DNA of 64,000 nucleotides from Giardia intestinalis (taxonomy: Eukaryota). The DNA lies in the NCBI GenBank assembly GCA_000002435.2, contig CM018793.1; one strand, 5' to 3'. The position numbers were made by a program, and so were the translations under genes. The notes below the pieces were generated by a model. The model was not told where the DNA came from. It searched no databases and was given only the letters and a program-made list of their open reading frames with translations. Shown here in pieces: positions 20,134-31,254 of the stretch (positions within the stretch are counted from its first letter, which is position 1; every line of letters begins with the position of its first letter).

Positions 20134-23100
20134 CTAGTTATTCTCGTCATCTGTAAAAGATATGGATGTGTCTGCATTGCTTGCGGGTATCTGGCTTAGC
20201 GTGCCTGGAAGGTGTCTGGACCTTCGCTGATGCTTGAGGTATCCAGCCGAGCTTTCTCGCGGTAATTCATGGTCTTCGTCCACTGGGCTAGGAGAAAGCA
20301 TACCATGGACTGTTAGCAGTTGTGCTCGTTGCGATTCCGAATGCAAGGGCTGGGCAACTGGCCGTGGAACATTCTTCTTTGAGGGTTCAGCTACCGGCAA
20401 CCGGATGCCCATCTCATGCCTAGGACTCTTTGGTGATTCCCCATACTTGCTTCCATGCGGCTTTGGGGGCAGGCTAGGGCTCTTTTGAAGTGGCCGACCG
20501 TTCATGTCAATAATGTGCACACTTGTCTTCATGTTTATAATACGTTGGTCCGAGACTACTATTGGCTTGGAGTGTACTTTAAGCACCTGGCCGAGTGTGT
20601 ATCGCTTGTTCGGGCACTCTGTATGCTCTCGTTCTTTATGTTCTTCAGACACAACATAGGTGCACTCAAGTTGCATGCGAGCAAGCACGTCGCGAGGAAG
20701 TGCTTTAGCACTCATGGCAGCCAACTCTGACGCAGGTTTCACCGTAGTTATCTGCGGCTTGAGCATGGCACTACCCCTGTCTGCACAAGCTCGTGCAAGC
20801 ATACCTATGCTCATTGTATGCCCTCGCTTCATTGCATACGGTGAAACATGATGTAGCATTCCTTTGCGTGATACGTTAGCTAAGGAGCGACCAAAGCAGG
20901 ATTCACGCTTTAATACGGCATTAGAGTGCGTTGGAGACCCAACCAGCTTGAAATTACTCACGTCCAGGGGAACCGTCTTACGACCAGGGCTTATCCAGAG
21001 AGAGTTTTGGAAGGTTGTCATCTCTCCCTTGGTGAGCTTGTGTGATTGAATGGCGTACAATCCTGTCTTCTCGTGACTTTTCTGTGTGCTGGAGTATCCC
21101 TCCACTTTATGACGCCACCTTAGCAGAGATGATAGGATGTCTGGACCCCCATGTAAGAGATCCGGGGTCTGGCCTCCTTCTCGTAGACCAAAGCCCCGAA
21201 CTATTGGGGTAGCATTCACGTTATACACCTTTTGATGAAGAGCGTTACGCACTGCTCGGGAGAACATCAGCTGGGCATTCTTGCTACACAAATCACGAGT
21301 GCTCTGTGACCGCCGAGACCCGGCAGCTATTTCCCATGCGCTCATCTTCTTTGATTCTATGGATTCACGACATCTTTGTGCTGTGATCATCTTGTTCCCG
21401 TGCGCTAGCTGGATTGCTTTGGAGAGAACCTCAAAGGTTTGCGATAGAACTATGTTGTGGAACTCCTCGTCTGTCATTTTAGCTTCTGGATACGACGCCA
21501 CATATGTATGGTCCTGCTGTGTGTTCCCTGACCCCCACACAGAGAATGGTGTCAGAGCAAACCCTGGATCATCAGGCTCTAGCTGCTTCTTTATCACCGT
21601 CGGGGTTGCTGCCGAATTCTGCATGCTGATTGTTGTAGGGCTACAATAGCTATTAGCCTCGGCACTGAGCGTTGTAAGCTCAACCTTTGTCTGTTCCACC
21701 TGCTTCCTTATCCGTATGTCTGCTTCAATGTCCGTGTACTGCTGCAGCGTTGTTCTGGGTGCTGCCTTAGCAAACTCGCGAATTAACGTATAATCGGTTT
21801 GCCTTTCTTCCTTTGAAGTCTGCTCTGTGCTTAGCTCAAAGAGAGAAGATGTGTTAACAGACATCACGTTGATCATCTCAGAGTATCTATTTGTAATTGG
21901 ATCCGTGAGTAGACACTCCTCTAGCATCCGAATGAGCTCCTGGTTCCTCCGCTGCACAGGAGGAATGTCCTGCTGGTTGCTATCTTCAGAGGACTTGGTC
22001 GAAGATGGTAAATCACCTACTATCATTGAGGGCCGCGAGATCTCTCGCATTGACTGTGTCTGCTCTATCTCTTGATCATCCTGCTGTGCTGTGATAAAGA
22101 TGTTTGCGTCTATTTTTGATACTATATAATCTTTCATATCCTCAATTGGTGGGCGAACGGGCTTGGGAGTAGGTATAGAGGAAGGGTCTGGGTCAGCGTC
22201 CAGCAATACTTTGTCATTCCGGAACATATTAGCTGAGCCAACATACTTTAACCTCTTCGTCCTTCTCCATGCGCTTACATACTCTGCTTTGATATGTGTC
22301 TTATCCATGGTACTCGAGGACTCTGAGGATACAAAAGTGGGGCTCAAGATTGGATTTCGAGAAGCACGATGATACTTAGCAATCATTCGTTTAGTCAGGA
22401 GAGAAGGCTGAAGAGGCTTTGTCGGCGCATTCCACATGGCATTTCCAAGAGTTGCAATCCCCGTGGATGTGTGCACTGCTAACGTAGGCAGGTGTACCCG
22501 CGCTTCTTTCTTCGCAGCAGCCAGATGAATGGATATCGAAGAGCGTCGTTTTGGCTTCTGGATGCTATGTTGTTCGGAGTATCTCATGGCTGGTGAAGAT
22601 GTCACGCGTATGAGCTTTTTCCACTTATATTTTGGCAATGTGGTTGTACCTTTTCCCTGAAGAAGTCCTTCGTTTCTTCGCAGCATCGTGTTTCGTTTGT
22701 AGGCGTCTGCAGATGAGACTGTGCGCTCGCTATTAGAAGCATCTCGAGCCCACCTGCACTCCCTTAAGATTCTATTATAGCATGTAACGTTTAGTTCTCT
22801 TAGTGTAGGATTAGAAAGAGTGCGCTTGTTAGATTCACCTGAGGAAGGTGGCTTTTTGTCATATCTTGTGGTTATCTTACCAATTTTCTTGTTTCTTTGA
22901 AGTATCTGAGGTCTCGACATCTTCTTTGCGCAGCTTCCACCACGGCTCAGAGTGTGCACAGTTGGTAATTCGGTCATATCTAGGCATGCACGATTGCTGG
23001 CTTGATCAGATAAGGGTGAGTCTGGTGGGATAAGATCGCTCACTGATAATGATGGGGATGACGAAGTGATGCTATCCAGATCTATGATAAAGGAGTCACC

Positions 23101-26100
23101 CTCATCCCGCAGAAGGGATTCGCTGCTAGATAAGTTTAGGTCATCAGCCTCTTTGATATACTGGAGCATGGTGCGTTGCTCTTTCCAGTTCCTAGCTTTT
23201 GGGCCGACCATGTCCTGTATCTTTTCCTCAATGTGCTGTAAGCGTGAATATTGATGATTAATCGATAGTTCCGTAACATTCATAGATTCGAATGGTGTAC
23301 TTATCAACCCAGATTGCATCCTAAGTGCAGAGTTATCACTCAAGTCTACTCTGGGGATGATATTGCCCAATTCATCAAGAAGTTTTTGGTGCGCAAGCCG
23401 TGAAACGCTCTTGTTTCCGATGCGTGGAGAGGCCACTCGCATCGAATTGCGTAGCTGCATCTGCCGAGAAATGGTTTTCTCTAAGTCCATAGTCAGCTGA
23501 AGTAATTCTGTAGTTGGTGCTGGCTTCACCAAAAAGTCAAGCTCGTCATCTGATGTGCTTTCTTGCTCTGCAACAGTGACATTTGAAGGAACATATTTCT
23601 GGCCATCCGTAGTAAGACCTTCAATGGTAACGTCTATCGACTCAAGCGCGGGCTCTTGTAGATGTTTAAAGAGGTTAGCAATTCTTTCTTCCGCAGAGTC
23701 GGCTTCTACGTCCACAAATTTTGATTGAATATTCTGAAGAATATCAAGTATCTTGTCAGACGTTGAGAGACGCTCACTGCATTGTTCTAGAATCGGTATA
23801 GATGTGGCCTCATTGATACTACCTTGTTGGATTGCGGATATGGGGGTTCCAGCGAACGATGACGTAACATCTGTGACAGTTTCTAATTGTAGATTAATAG
23901 CTGTGTAGGCAGAAGTGTGCCCATCCTTGGTCGAGTTATCGCTCTGTGCAGAAGCAAACCTTCTAGATGTATTAGAGGCTGGTGATGTCTGCAGTGTATG
24001 CTTTGAGACTTTATTGTTGCCTATCGTCTCCTGACTTGCAGGAAGAGATGATGCCTGTGAAGCAGGCCTTTCCAACCTGAGCTTCTGTGTACTGTTGGGC
24101 CTAACAATTGTAGCAGTCCGTGATGCGCTGTCTGAAGGATTGCACGGTGCACTAGGTGCCCGGCAGAAGCTGTGCTGTAATCGGTTAAGGTCTGTGTTTA
24201 TGCCAACCAATACGTCAGCGACCGGCAGGGGGCTAATCAGTTCAGCATCCTTTAGTGACACTGCGCCAGCTTCAGAGGAATAAGGGCGAGAGCTAATTGA
24301 TTTATGGGGTGATGCAGATGCTATTCTAGACAATTCCTCGTCTATTTGGTGACTTATCTGACGAACTGTCTCGCGAGACCTCAATTGGCTGGAGACAAGA
24401 ACACTGCGAGACGAGCTTTCTCTGTCAGGAGGCAAATCCTGAAAGAATGCTAAAAGAGATGCTTCAGAGGAGTCCTCACCTCGGTCCCGTTCGTGTTGCT
24501 CGGACTGGTTATCTTGAATAGCAACATTGGGTGATTTTGATCGACAAGATTGAGCAGACAATCCCCCGGTGGGTTCAATTTCAAAGCCTGGAGGCAACTC
24601 TGCTAGTACAGGAACCAGTCTGCTCGTAGATGAACTTCGTCGCGGACTAGCATCAGTCTTAGCTACAGTATAATGAGATGATGACTCCCTTGTAACAATT
24701 GGAGGTACCAATATAGGGTTTGTGGGTGCCAGTGGAAAAGCTGGAGCGGACGAAGGATCTGGATCGCTAAGATTGCTGATTGAATAAGCAGGAGAATTCT
24801 CAGAAATAGCGACCTGATACCTACGCCCTAAGAGCTCATGTCTTGTGGATGGTTTAGATGAGGAAGATTCTGGTCGTATTTTGCCCGTGTTTTGAGTAGT
24901 CTGCCTTGCTTGTGCGGGCTCAATGTGCATCTGCTGAGTATCTCCCTGCTTTGTGCTAATTTGCTCAGATGGCAAGATAGGCTCTATAGCTGTGGATTGT
25001 GAGCCCGACTGAAGTGGTGTGTTAATGGAGTGTTTTACAGGCTCACTAAGCTCAAGAGAAAGTAGCCTTTCCTGTGCCCGCTGAATGGAGGCAATATTAT
25101 CATCATAATCCTTGAACGATCCATCGTCAAGGGCATCGAGTGATAGGTACACGTTTTGTGGAGATGCAGAAGGTGTAAAGGAACGTGTGGTAAATACTAC
25201 TTCCGTGTAAAGTAAAGCATTCCTGAGCATAGATCCACTGGGGGCTTGAACAGAAAGCCTGGGATACGTAGGCGCTTCAAGGCTTTGAGGGTGTTCTCCT
25301 TCTACCTGCTTATAGACTTCTATCCGCTCGATCAGCTCTCTGTTTGCGTAATTGATCAGTAAATCTGCAGTCTTTCCAATTTCAAAGTCTTCCAATGTCT
25401 GAAGAGGCTTCTCCTCTAAACCACTAGCCGGTTCTAACAGTAGGGGTTGTGACAGGGCCTTCTTTGGAAATGCTGTCTTGCCCTTACGCTTTTGCTTCCT
25501 CCTGTTCTTATTTTTATGCTGAATGTGAGCCACAATAACCTTGGCTACCGGCTCCTCGGTCTCATTTTCTAGTGTAGCAGATATCTTTACTGTCCCTCCC
25601 GCTTCCAGCGAATCTGTGATAATGGCATTATTCAGAAAGCTATATGGTGCAGCAGACAAGTCAGCAGTGTTCATAAGAAGGAGTCGCAAACAGTCCTTAT
25701 CTATTTGATGACGAAGAAATGTGTCTCCACAGACACGAAAACACTGTAAAGACAAAGAAAGGCTTGCGGCATAGTCTTCATCTATATCGTTGCAGTCCTC
25801 GCTCATCTCAGAGAGGAAAGCTAACGCAGAATCTATACGCTTATACGATGCATAGGTAATCGCTGGATAATTAGTGAATATAAGTGACCGCCTCATTATT
25901 GTATTCTTCATGCAACGACAACGCTGGTCGCAGAAGCAATAGAAGCACAGGCAGCCGCTGCATATATGGCAATATTTATCAGAAGAGGACGAGCTAGTGC
26001 TGCTGCGGGAAAGAGTAGCGGACTCCAGAAGATTTCTGAGACGATGCGGAATAGCTTGTGGGGCAAGAAAGCATTTGCAAAGAGCAGACTTCAAAACTCT

Positions 26101-29100
26101 TGTTTTAGCATCTAAGTCATCGGCCATCTGCATCACCCGTAGCTTAGTTCCTCCTCTGTGGCGGGGGCTATCCAACGCACCAGTCAGCTTTGCCTCCAAT
26201 TTAGTCGTTATCCCAGCAGAAATTTCTGCAGAAACGGCATCTAACAGCCTCTGTAAGAGCAAGCTGTTTGACGCATGGGCATCAAAGAGAAGAAGTTTGT
26301 GTGCAGCTTCTGTTGTTAGCTCGGTTGTATTTTTACTAACATAGCTTCTCTCGCGCTTTAAGCGCTCCATCAAACTACTGGTGTTGCCACTTAGGGTTGT
26401 GTTGTCCAATATCGTCTTTATCATGCTTTGCTTTTCGTTGAACAGTTTGCAGACAGCAATATCCTCTTGGAGCATCTGGGGAACAAGAGCCTCAAGGGGC
26501 TCCGCATGCTGCTCCATGGCTGTGACATCCATCTCTATCGACTGATATTTCTCTAGTAAATCAGCTTCCATTTTGGCCATTGTCTGGAGTTTGTTGTAGT
26601 TCCTGAGAAGCGAGTAGACAGTATCAAGGCCACAGCAGCTCAATATGGAACGAAGATTGCTCATTCTTCTGTCCCATGTAGAAACTTGAAATCTAGGAGC
26701 TAAGTCGGTAGTTTTCTGGCGTGGGAATGATGCATACTTGAAATTCGTATGTAAAATAGCAACACTGGCAAACAATTGCATGGTCTTCAGTCTTGATAAA
26801 CATGTGCCCAGGCTAGATCTCGTGGTCAAATAGCAGGCACTTTCTAACTGTTTAGTTGAGAGGGACAGTATTCTGGAAATAACAGATTTAAAAAGGTGAA
26901 GGTCTAGTTCTGGGATGAAGTCAGAAATGTTGATCATGGACCCGACTGATGGTAAGTGGGTGATCTTGTGCAATAGCGTAAGAAATAGCAAGCTATGTGT
27001 TTTGAAAAATAGAAGGTGCACAAATGAATCAGGAGCTTTCTGAGATACCAATTCATTAAGTGTAGGTTTTGATAAGACTGGGTCGGTATCAGATTGACTT
27101 CTTGCGTCAGAGTGATTGCTGATTGCGCCTGTTAAGAATATGTCTTGGAGTGCATCCTTATCTGTGCGAGTAGCAGTAACGTGAAGTGCATCTCCTTCGA
27201 TATGTTTCTTCTGCTTTGCAAGACGCTCCTTGTTGGCTAAGATGTACGCCTTCCACAGTTGTAAGGAAACCAGCTGCTTATAGATTCTGTCCCCGGCCTG
27301 AAGAAGCAAAGCAAAGCGTAGAAACGACCGCCTTGCCATAGGGCGCTGCTTGAGAACTTGAAAAACCCGGAACTTGAGGCAAAATTCATCGTGGTATGAC
27401 ATGCAGTATGGAACAGGTGTTCCGCGACTACCAGACTTCTTCCGGGGTGGAGGGGCAACCAACCGTTTAATTGAATCGCCTTCTGAGTCACTTTCATCAT
27501 CTGGACGTTGAGTAAGAAAGGTCGAGCCAGCTGCACGGGCCTGTCGAGATCCTATGTGGGCATCAAAGAGGTTACGCAGTTGGCTCTCTTTTCTCTGCAG
27601 CGCTGCCTCTTCTTCCCTTGCTTTTCTATTCTCCAGTGTCTTAGTCGCTACGTCACCAGGGATCATCAAAAAGCCATCATCATCCTCGATGGTACGATAT
27701 CCTACTCTCCCATCTTCAGCAAATGACTCAACAACATATGCTTTCTTGACAATCCGTCGATTGACAGCGTCATAAACGGTGCATCCGTTTATCATCAGGT
27801 AGAGTGTGCATATGAAGAAACTAGCATACCCAGGGCGCGCAGCCAGCGAGGAGGCAGCCATCAGACGGGCAATGTCTTTCGAGAAGCAGTAGTCCTCCCA
27901 TCTGCGCAGATACGTTTGAACCAACGACTTGACCCTGAATTGATTTGCCAGTAGAATCTTGTACCGCTGCAATCGTATCTTATCTATGTACTGCTTCCAG
28001 AGGCCCAAGTACTTAGTCATGAGCTTGTGTCTTCCACGGGCAAGGTCTGACCACCGGTAGAATGCTGTGATTAGAAGCTTATCGTAGGTCAAAAGAAGGA
28101 AAGTCTTCCTGATTCGGAGCATTCTGATTGTTGTTAGCCAGGCTACAAAAATGGGTGAGATGAGAGTGTACTTGAGCAGAGTCAAGCGAATGTACAGGAC
28201 AACCTGCACTCGATACTGAATATCAAAGACAAAGCTGTGTATGAGATACGAAGATCGAGTAGGAACTAACGTCTTTGCTATGTCGTAAAATCTTATTGGC
28301 ATTCCTTTCAGTAATTCTTTGTAGACCGATCGGGGATTATCAGGAGGTAGTTGGAGACTCTGGTAGCCGTTTGCTTGGCCTTCATCACGCTCAATGAATG
28401 CCTTTAGTTGCTTGCGGTAAGTCTTAAGATACTTCATTAGATATAAGAAAAACTGAAAGATGTCATTTGTGACCCTCAGATTGATCCTTTTCGTAAATGT
28501 GACGACGAAGAGGTTGAGCTGCGTGTTGATGCGGGCCCTCTCCTTGAAGCACGCAAAGTACTTGCTCTGTAGAAAGATATTACATAGATACTCCATCTGC
28601 TTGTGTTTGATACAAATCAGCATCTCTGTTCTCCAAGTCGAGAACACCTTACGATGTAGAACATGACGATACATTCTTATTATGAAGGTGTAGACACGCC
28701 AGAGGCGGAAGACGATCCCTGGAATGACCAAAGCCCGGCGGTGGGCCGACTCCAAGAGCCTCAAGATTGCCGCACTGCGCCGGAGCAAGCGGATCTGTCT
28801 CTGCAAAAAGATCACTGACCGGACGCTCTGCTCAGTGATCAGCTCGCTGTGAACGAATGCGTGAATGTCCTCCATATTAACGGGGATTGTCCAATTGTAA
28901 ATGAACGATTGTGGGGGCTTGTAGGACGCCCCCAATATCCTGTTCTTACTCCTGCAATGAGAAAGTATCTCTGAAGTAGAGCTGATAGTGTCAGTTTTAG
29001 AAGTATCACTCAAGGCGGAGGTAGATGGGAGGGTGTTGCGTCTCACCAGTGGAAGGTCTGCAGTGGGCGAGTGGACAAGCAAGGGGCTAGCTATTCCAGT

Positions 29101-29286
29101 ATCCATCTGTAAACCGTCCCCTTGCCCCATCAACTTTGGAATATTCTCAGAAAGCTTCATCTGCCCCTCATGGAATGTGTTGCTCGGCCTCAGCTGGTAT
29201 ATAGTTTGGAGGTGCAGGGGAAGCAGACTTACCAGGCTCCCACTGCTGGGCCTGCGGCCGCGATCGTTGAGAGGAGAGCTCATCAA
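20134..29286 (-). CDS. giant (3050 aa) Ser/Thr-rich low-complexity protein with an N-terminal basic/aromatic IQ-like repeat region
   Basis: A single uninterrupted 9.15-kb ORF. About aa 150-700 contain repeated basic/aromatic segments (LQRQIRLLRRS, AFYRWSDLARGRHKLMTKYLGLWKQYIDKIRLQRYK, LQLWKAYILANKERLAKQKK). The remainder is Ser/Thr/Pro-rich. Confidence 0.7.
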   Translation of the reverse strand: MMSSPLNDRGRRPSSGSLVSLLPLHLQTIYQLRPSNTFHEGQMKLSENIPKLMGQGDGLQMDTGIASPLLVHSPTADLPLVRRNTLPSTSALSDTSKTDTISSTSEILSHCRSKNRILGASYKPPQSFIYNWTIPVNMEDIHAFVHSELITEQSVRSVIFLQRQIRLLRRSAAILRLLESAHRRALVIPGIVFRLWRVYTFIIRMYRHVLHRKVFSTWRTEMLICIKHKQMEYLCNIFLQSKYFACFKERARINTQLNLFVVTFTKRINLRVTNDIFQFFLYLMKYLKTYRKQLKAFIERDEGQANGYQSLQLPPDNPRSVYKELLKGMPIRFYDIAKTLVPTRSSYLIHSFVFDIQYRVQVVLYIRLTLLKYTLISPIFVAWLTTIRMLRIRKTFLLLTYDKLLITAFYRWSDLARGRHKLMTKYLGLWKQYIDKIRLQRYKILLANQFRVKSLVQTYLRRWEDYCFSKDIARLMAASSLAARPGYASFFICTLYLMINGCTVYDAVNRRIVKKAYVVESFAEDGRVGYRTIEDDDGFLMIPGDVATKTLENRKAREEEAALQRKESQLRNLFDAHIGSRQARAAGSTFLTQRPDDESDSEGDSIKRLVAPPPRKKSGSRGTPVPYCMSYHDEFCLKFRVFQVLKQRPMARRSFLRFALLLQAGDRIYKQLVSLQLWKAYILANKERLAKQKKHIEGDALHVTATRTDKDALQDIFLTGAISNHSDARSQSDTDPVLSKPTLNELVSQKAPDSFVHLLFFKTHSLLFLTLLHKITHLPSVGSMINISDFIPELDLHLFKSVISRILSLSTKQLESACYLTTRSSLGTCLSRLKTMQLFASVAILHTNFKYASFPRQKTTDLAPRFQVSTWDRRMSNLRSILSCCGLDTVYSLLRNYNKLQTMAKMEADLLEKYQSIEMDVTAMEQHAEPLEALVPQMLQEDIAVCKLFNEKQSMIKTILDNTTLSGNTSSLMERLKRERSYVSKNTTELTTEAAHKLLLFDAHASNSLLLQRLLDAVSAEISAGITTKLEAKLTGALDSPRHRGGTKLRVMQMADDLDAKTRVLKSALCKCFLAPQAIPHRLRNLLESATLSRSSTSSSSSDKYCHICSGCLCFYCFCDQRCRCMKNTIMRRSLIFTNYPAITYASYKRIDSALAFLSEMSEDCNDIDEDYAASLSLSLQCFRVCGDTFLRHQIDKDCLRLLLMNTADLSAAPYSFLNNAIITDSLEAGGTVKISATLENETEEPVAKVIVAHIQHKNKNRRKQKRKGKTAFPKKALSQPLLLEPASGLEEKPLQTLEDFEIGKTADLLINYANRELIERIEVYKQVEGEHPQSLEAPTYPRLSVQAPSGSMLRNALLYTEVVFTTRSFTPSASPQNVYLSLDALDDGSFKDYDDNIASIQRAQERLLSLELSEPVKHSINTPLQSGSQSTAIEPILPSEQISTKQGDTQQMHIEPAQARQTTQNTGKIRPESSSSKPSTRHELLGRRYQVAISENSPAYSISNLSDPDPSSAPAFPLAPTNPILVPPIVTRESSSHYTVAKTDASPRRSSSTSRLVPVLAELPPGFEIEPTGGLSAQSCRSKSPNVAIQDNQSEQHERDRGEDSSEASLLAFFQDLPPDRESSSRSVLVSSQLRSRETVRQISHQIDEELSRIASASPHKSISSRPYSSEAGAVSLKDAELISPLPVADVLVGINTDLNRLQHSFCRAPSAPCNPSDSASRTATIVRPNSTQKLRLERPASQASSLPASQETIGNNKVSKHTLQTSPASNTSRRFASAQSDNSTKDGHTSAYTAINLQLETVTDVTSSFAGTPISAIQQGSINEATSIPILEQCSERLSTSDKILDILQNIQSKFVDVEADSAEERIANLFKHLQEPALESIDVTIEGLTTDGQKYVPSNVTVAEQESTSDDELDFLVKPAPTTELLQLTMDLEKTISRQMQLRNSMRVASPRIGNKSVSRLAHQKLLDELGNIIPRVDLSDNSALRMQSGLISTPFESMNVTELSINHQYSRLQHIEEKIQDMVGPKARNWKEQRTMLQYIKEADDLNLSSSESLLRDEGDSFIIDLDSITSSSPSLSVSDLIPPDSPLSDQASNRACLDMTELPTVHTLSRGGSCAKKMSRPQILQRNKKIGKITTRYDKKPPSSGESNKRTLSNPTLRELNVTCYNRILRECRWARDASNSERTVSSADAYKRNTMLRRNEGLLQGKGTTTLPKYKWKKLIRVTSSPAMRYSEQHSIQKPKRRSSISIHLAAAKKEARVHLPTLAVHTSTGIATLGNAMWNAPTKPLQPSLLTKRMIAKYHRASRNPILSPTFVSSESSSTMDKTHIKAEYVSAWRRTKRLKYVGSANMFRNDKVLLDADPDPSSIPTPKPVRPPIEDMKDYIVSKIDANIFITAQQDDQEIEQTQSMREISRPSMIVGDLPSSTKSSEDSNQQDIPPVQRRNQELIRMLEECLLTDPITNRYSEMINVMSVNTSSLFELSTEQTSKEERQTDYTLIREFAKAAPRTTLQQYTDIEADIRIRKQVEQTKVELTTLSAEANSYCSPTTISMQNSAATPTVIKKQLEPDDPGFALTPFSVWGSGNTQQDHTYVASYPEAKMTDEEFHNIVLSQTFEVLSKAIQLAHGNKMITAQRCRESIESKKMSAWEIAAGSRRSQSTRDLCSKNAQLMFSRAVRNALHQKVYNVNATPIVRGFGLREGGQTPDLLHGGPDILSSLLRWRHKVEGYSSTQKSHEKTGLYAIQSHKLTKGEMTTFQNSLWISPGRKTVPLDVSNFKLVGSPTHSNAVLKRESCFGRSLANVSRKGMLHHVSPYAMKRGHTMSIGMLARACADRGSAMLKPQITTVKPASELAAMSAKALPRDVLARMQLECTYVVSEEHKEREHTECPNKRYTLGQVLKVHSKPIVVSDQRIINMKTSVHIIDMNGRPLQKSPSLPPKPHGSKYGESPKSPRHEMGIRLPVAEPSKKNVPRPVAQPLHSESQRAQLLTVHGMLSPSPVDEDHELPRESSAGYLKHQRRSRHLPGTLSQIPASNADTSISFTDDENN

Positions 29287-29439
29287 GAGCTTTGCTAAAT
29301 TTGGTTGAAAGAGTTATTGAAGAGCATTAGGGGACTGCTCAGCGACGAGGCGCAGGGATCAATGAGGCAGTTACGTGTGTGACTAGCTGACCAATGTTCA
29401 CTTTAGGTGGAGGCAGCGGAGCCTTTCGAGAGAAAGTCC

Positions 29440-29964
29440 TTAGGAGCTTTTCTCACAGAAGTCTGGATCACCTATTCCAACGACGCGTACGTGATTATAG
29501 AAGATTACTGCATTACTACAGCCCCAATTCGTCAAGCAACGTAAAACCCTGTATGTGTTTATAAAGCGCGCCAAATGGGTTGCTCCTGGCAACGACACAG
29601 ATGCGTATCGCTTAGGTTGTAGCTCTAGAAGCACCAGCCCCGTCATACCATCGCTCGCTTCGTTTAGTTTGTCCAGAACAAAAGGAGGGATCTCTGTGGC
29701 AGGGTGAATGACTCTATTCTGCATTAGCAAACATGGTTGCGTAGGGTTGTAGGATGTTAAATAGGATATCTGCTGAGTGAACCGGTACGAGTTTCGCAGA
29801 GCCCTTAGTGAGGAGGTCGTTGTTTTATCGGACGGCGCAAAAAGAATGACCCTCTTCCCCTCTGTGCGGGCCTTTACTTGCGCTCTGGCAGCAATTCCGA
29901 GGGCTCGTGCAATAAGCACGAGAAGGAAACCCGCTATGAGGGTCAAAGACGAATAAAACCCCAT
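29440..29964 (-). CDS. small N-terminally membrane-anchored protein (174 aa), possibly a degenerate SR-beta-like GTPase
   Basis: It has an N-terminal TM segment (LTLIAGFLLVLIARALGIA). The following KRVILFAPSDKTTTSSLRAL resembles the SR-beta P-loop region (VIIAGPQNSGKTSLLTLL), but the downstream G-motifs are not clear. The initiator is A-rich (ctgaaaccaaaaATG). Confidence 0.4.
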   Translation of the reverse strand: MGFYSSLTLIAGFLLVLIARALGIAARAQVKARTEGKRVILFAPSDKTTTSSLRALRNSYRFTQQISYLTSYNPTQPCLLMQNRVIHPATEIPPFVLDKLNEASDGMTGLVLLELQPKRYASVSLPGATHLARFINTYRVLRCLTNWGCSNAVIFYNHVRVVGIGDPDFCEKSS

Positions 29965-30121
29965 TTTTGGTTTCAGTCCAGGAAGCAGCTCAGCCGAACC
30001 TAGCAGTGCTTACCTATTAGATAAGCGTAAAATATGTAACTTATGGAGCAGGATCATCGGTAGGTGACAGTCTTCTCCTATCTGCTCGCAATCTATTCCA
30101 GAAGCTTCTGACACAAAATAT

Positions 30122-30649
30122 ATGAGCAGCGACAGTTCTGAGTACTTGGATCTCACCGCTGAGGTGAATTCGCAAGCCATCACAGGAATACTCTGTGATT
30201 CCCTGCACACTCCCGTTTCAAAGATATGCCGCCTGACTCGTAGACTGTGCGTGGATCTCCTTTTGGACCCAGCAGTCCACGGTCATGAAAGTGGGCTGCA
30301 CATCTGCCTGCAGGCGTCTGATGCGCTAGCAGATTACTTGCTCGCTGAGATCTGCGCCGTGCAGAACGTAAGGCTGGACCCACTTGTGAGGGAAAGGTCT
30401 CTACAGCCTCATAAGATTCCTTTGCAATTCGCAGCAATTTCGTGCATCAATGACACGGAACTAAGCTTTGTGATTGGCAGTGCGATGTTCCTTTACAGAT
30501 ACGGCGAAGATGGACCCCTTATTGACCATTTCTTCCAGGGATTGGGAAGAGCTGCATACATGGCTAACATGTGCGATGCAAACGGTGTCACGGGGCAGCA
30601 ATCCACTGCCTGTGTTCTCTGCACACACGTCGTTCTTCTTCCGGCTTAG
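30122..30649 (+). CDS. hypothetical protein (175 aa)
   Basis: The ORF has an AT-rich initiator (cacaaaatatATG). It overlaps the convergent neighbour's 3' end by 4 bp. No recognisable motif. Confidence 0.35.
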   Translation: MSSDSSEYLDLTAEVNSQAITGILCDSLHTPVSKICRLTRRLCVDLLLDPAVHGHESGLHICLQASDALADYLLAEICAVQNVRLDPLVRERSLQPHKIPLQFAAISCINDTELSFVIGSAMFLYRYGEDGPLIDHFFQGLGRAAYMANMCDANGVTGQQSTACVLCTHVVLLPA

Positions 30650-31254
30650 TCTTCACAGTCCCATAGGTCATCTCCGCTTTCACTGAGGTCTCTGTGCGTG
30701 TCGGCCCTCACCCGATCGCGCAGATGAACATAGGAGAAGACGTTCCTTGCGTTGCGAATCAACTCTGTGTCTAGCTCGTCTGCCCCAGCGTTTCTTTTAG
30801 ATAGTAGGACCCGCTGGTATCTGTCAAGTTGACGCTGGAGACGCTCTTCGACCGATCGCTTTGCTGAGGCAGACTCGATTGTAGAGGGCGGGGACTGTTC
30901 AATATTCTTGCTAATCTTCCTTCGCAGGTCTCTGTTTCTTTTCGAGCATAACTTAACGACAAGTTTGGCGAGGCGGGCATGTTCGTCGATAGAGGGGGCC
31001 CTCGGCCGAAGAACGGCTGCTATATCGTGCTCATCTAACTTCTGTGCATCTTCTTCTTTTCGTGTGAAGGAAATGTCCCACTTGCGACTCAACTTACCCT
31101 CCACACTGCTCGGAACAGTGGGAGAGGGTGGACCGATTACCCCAGTCAATCTGGGAACAGAATCATGCACAGAGAAAGTTGGCGCAGAAAACGTTGGTGT
31201 GTGCACCTCATTTTCCTTCAGCGCTTGCTTTCTAGCAGCTATCTGCAGTTGCAT
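30646..31254 (-). CDS. hypothetical charged protein (202 aa)
   Basis: Intact ORF. The AT-rich initiator region contains the CCCGGGGCCATGA element (see findings). Confidence 0.5.
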   Translation of the reverse strand: MQLQIAARKQALKENEVHTPTFSAPTFSVHDSVPRLTGVIGPPSPTVPSSVEGKLSRKWDISFTRKEEDAQKLDEHDIAAVLRPRAPSIDEHARLAKLVVKLCSKRNRDLRRKISKNIEQSPPSTIESASAKRSVEERLQRQLDRYQRVLLSKRNAGADELDTELIRNARNVFSYVHLRDRVRADTHRDLSESGDDLWDCED

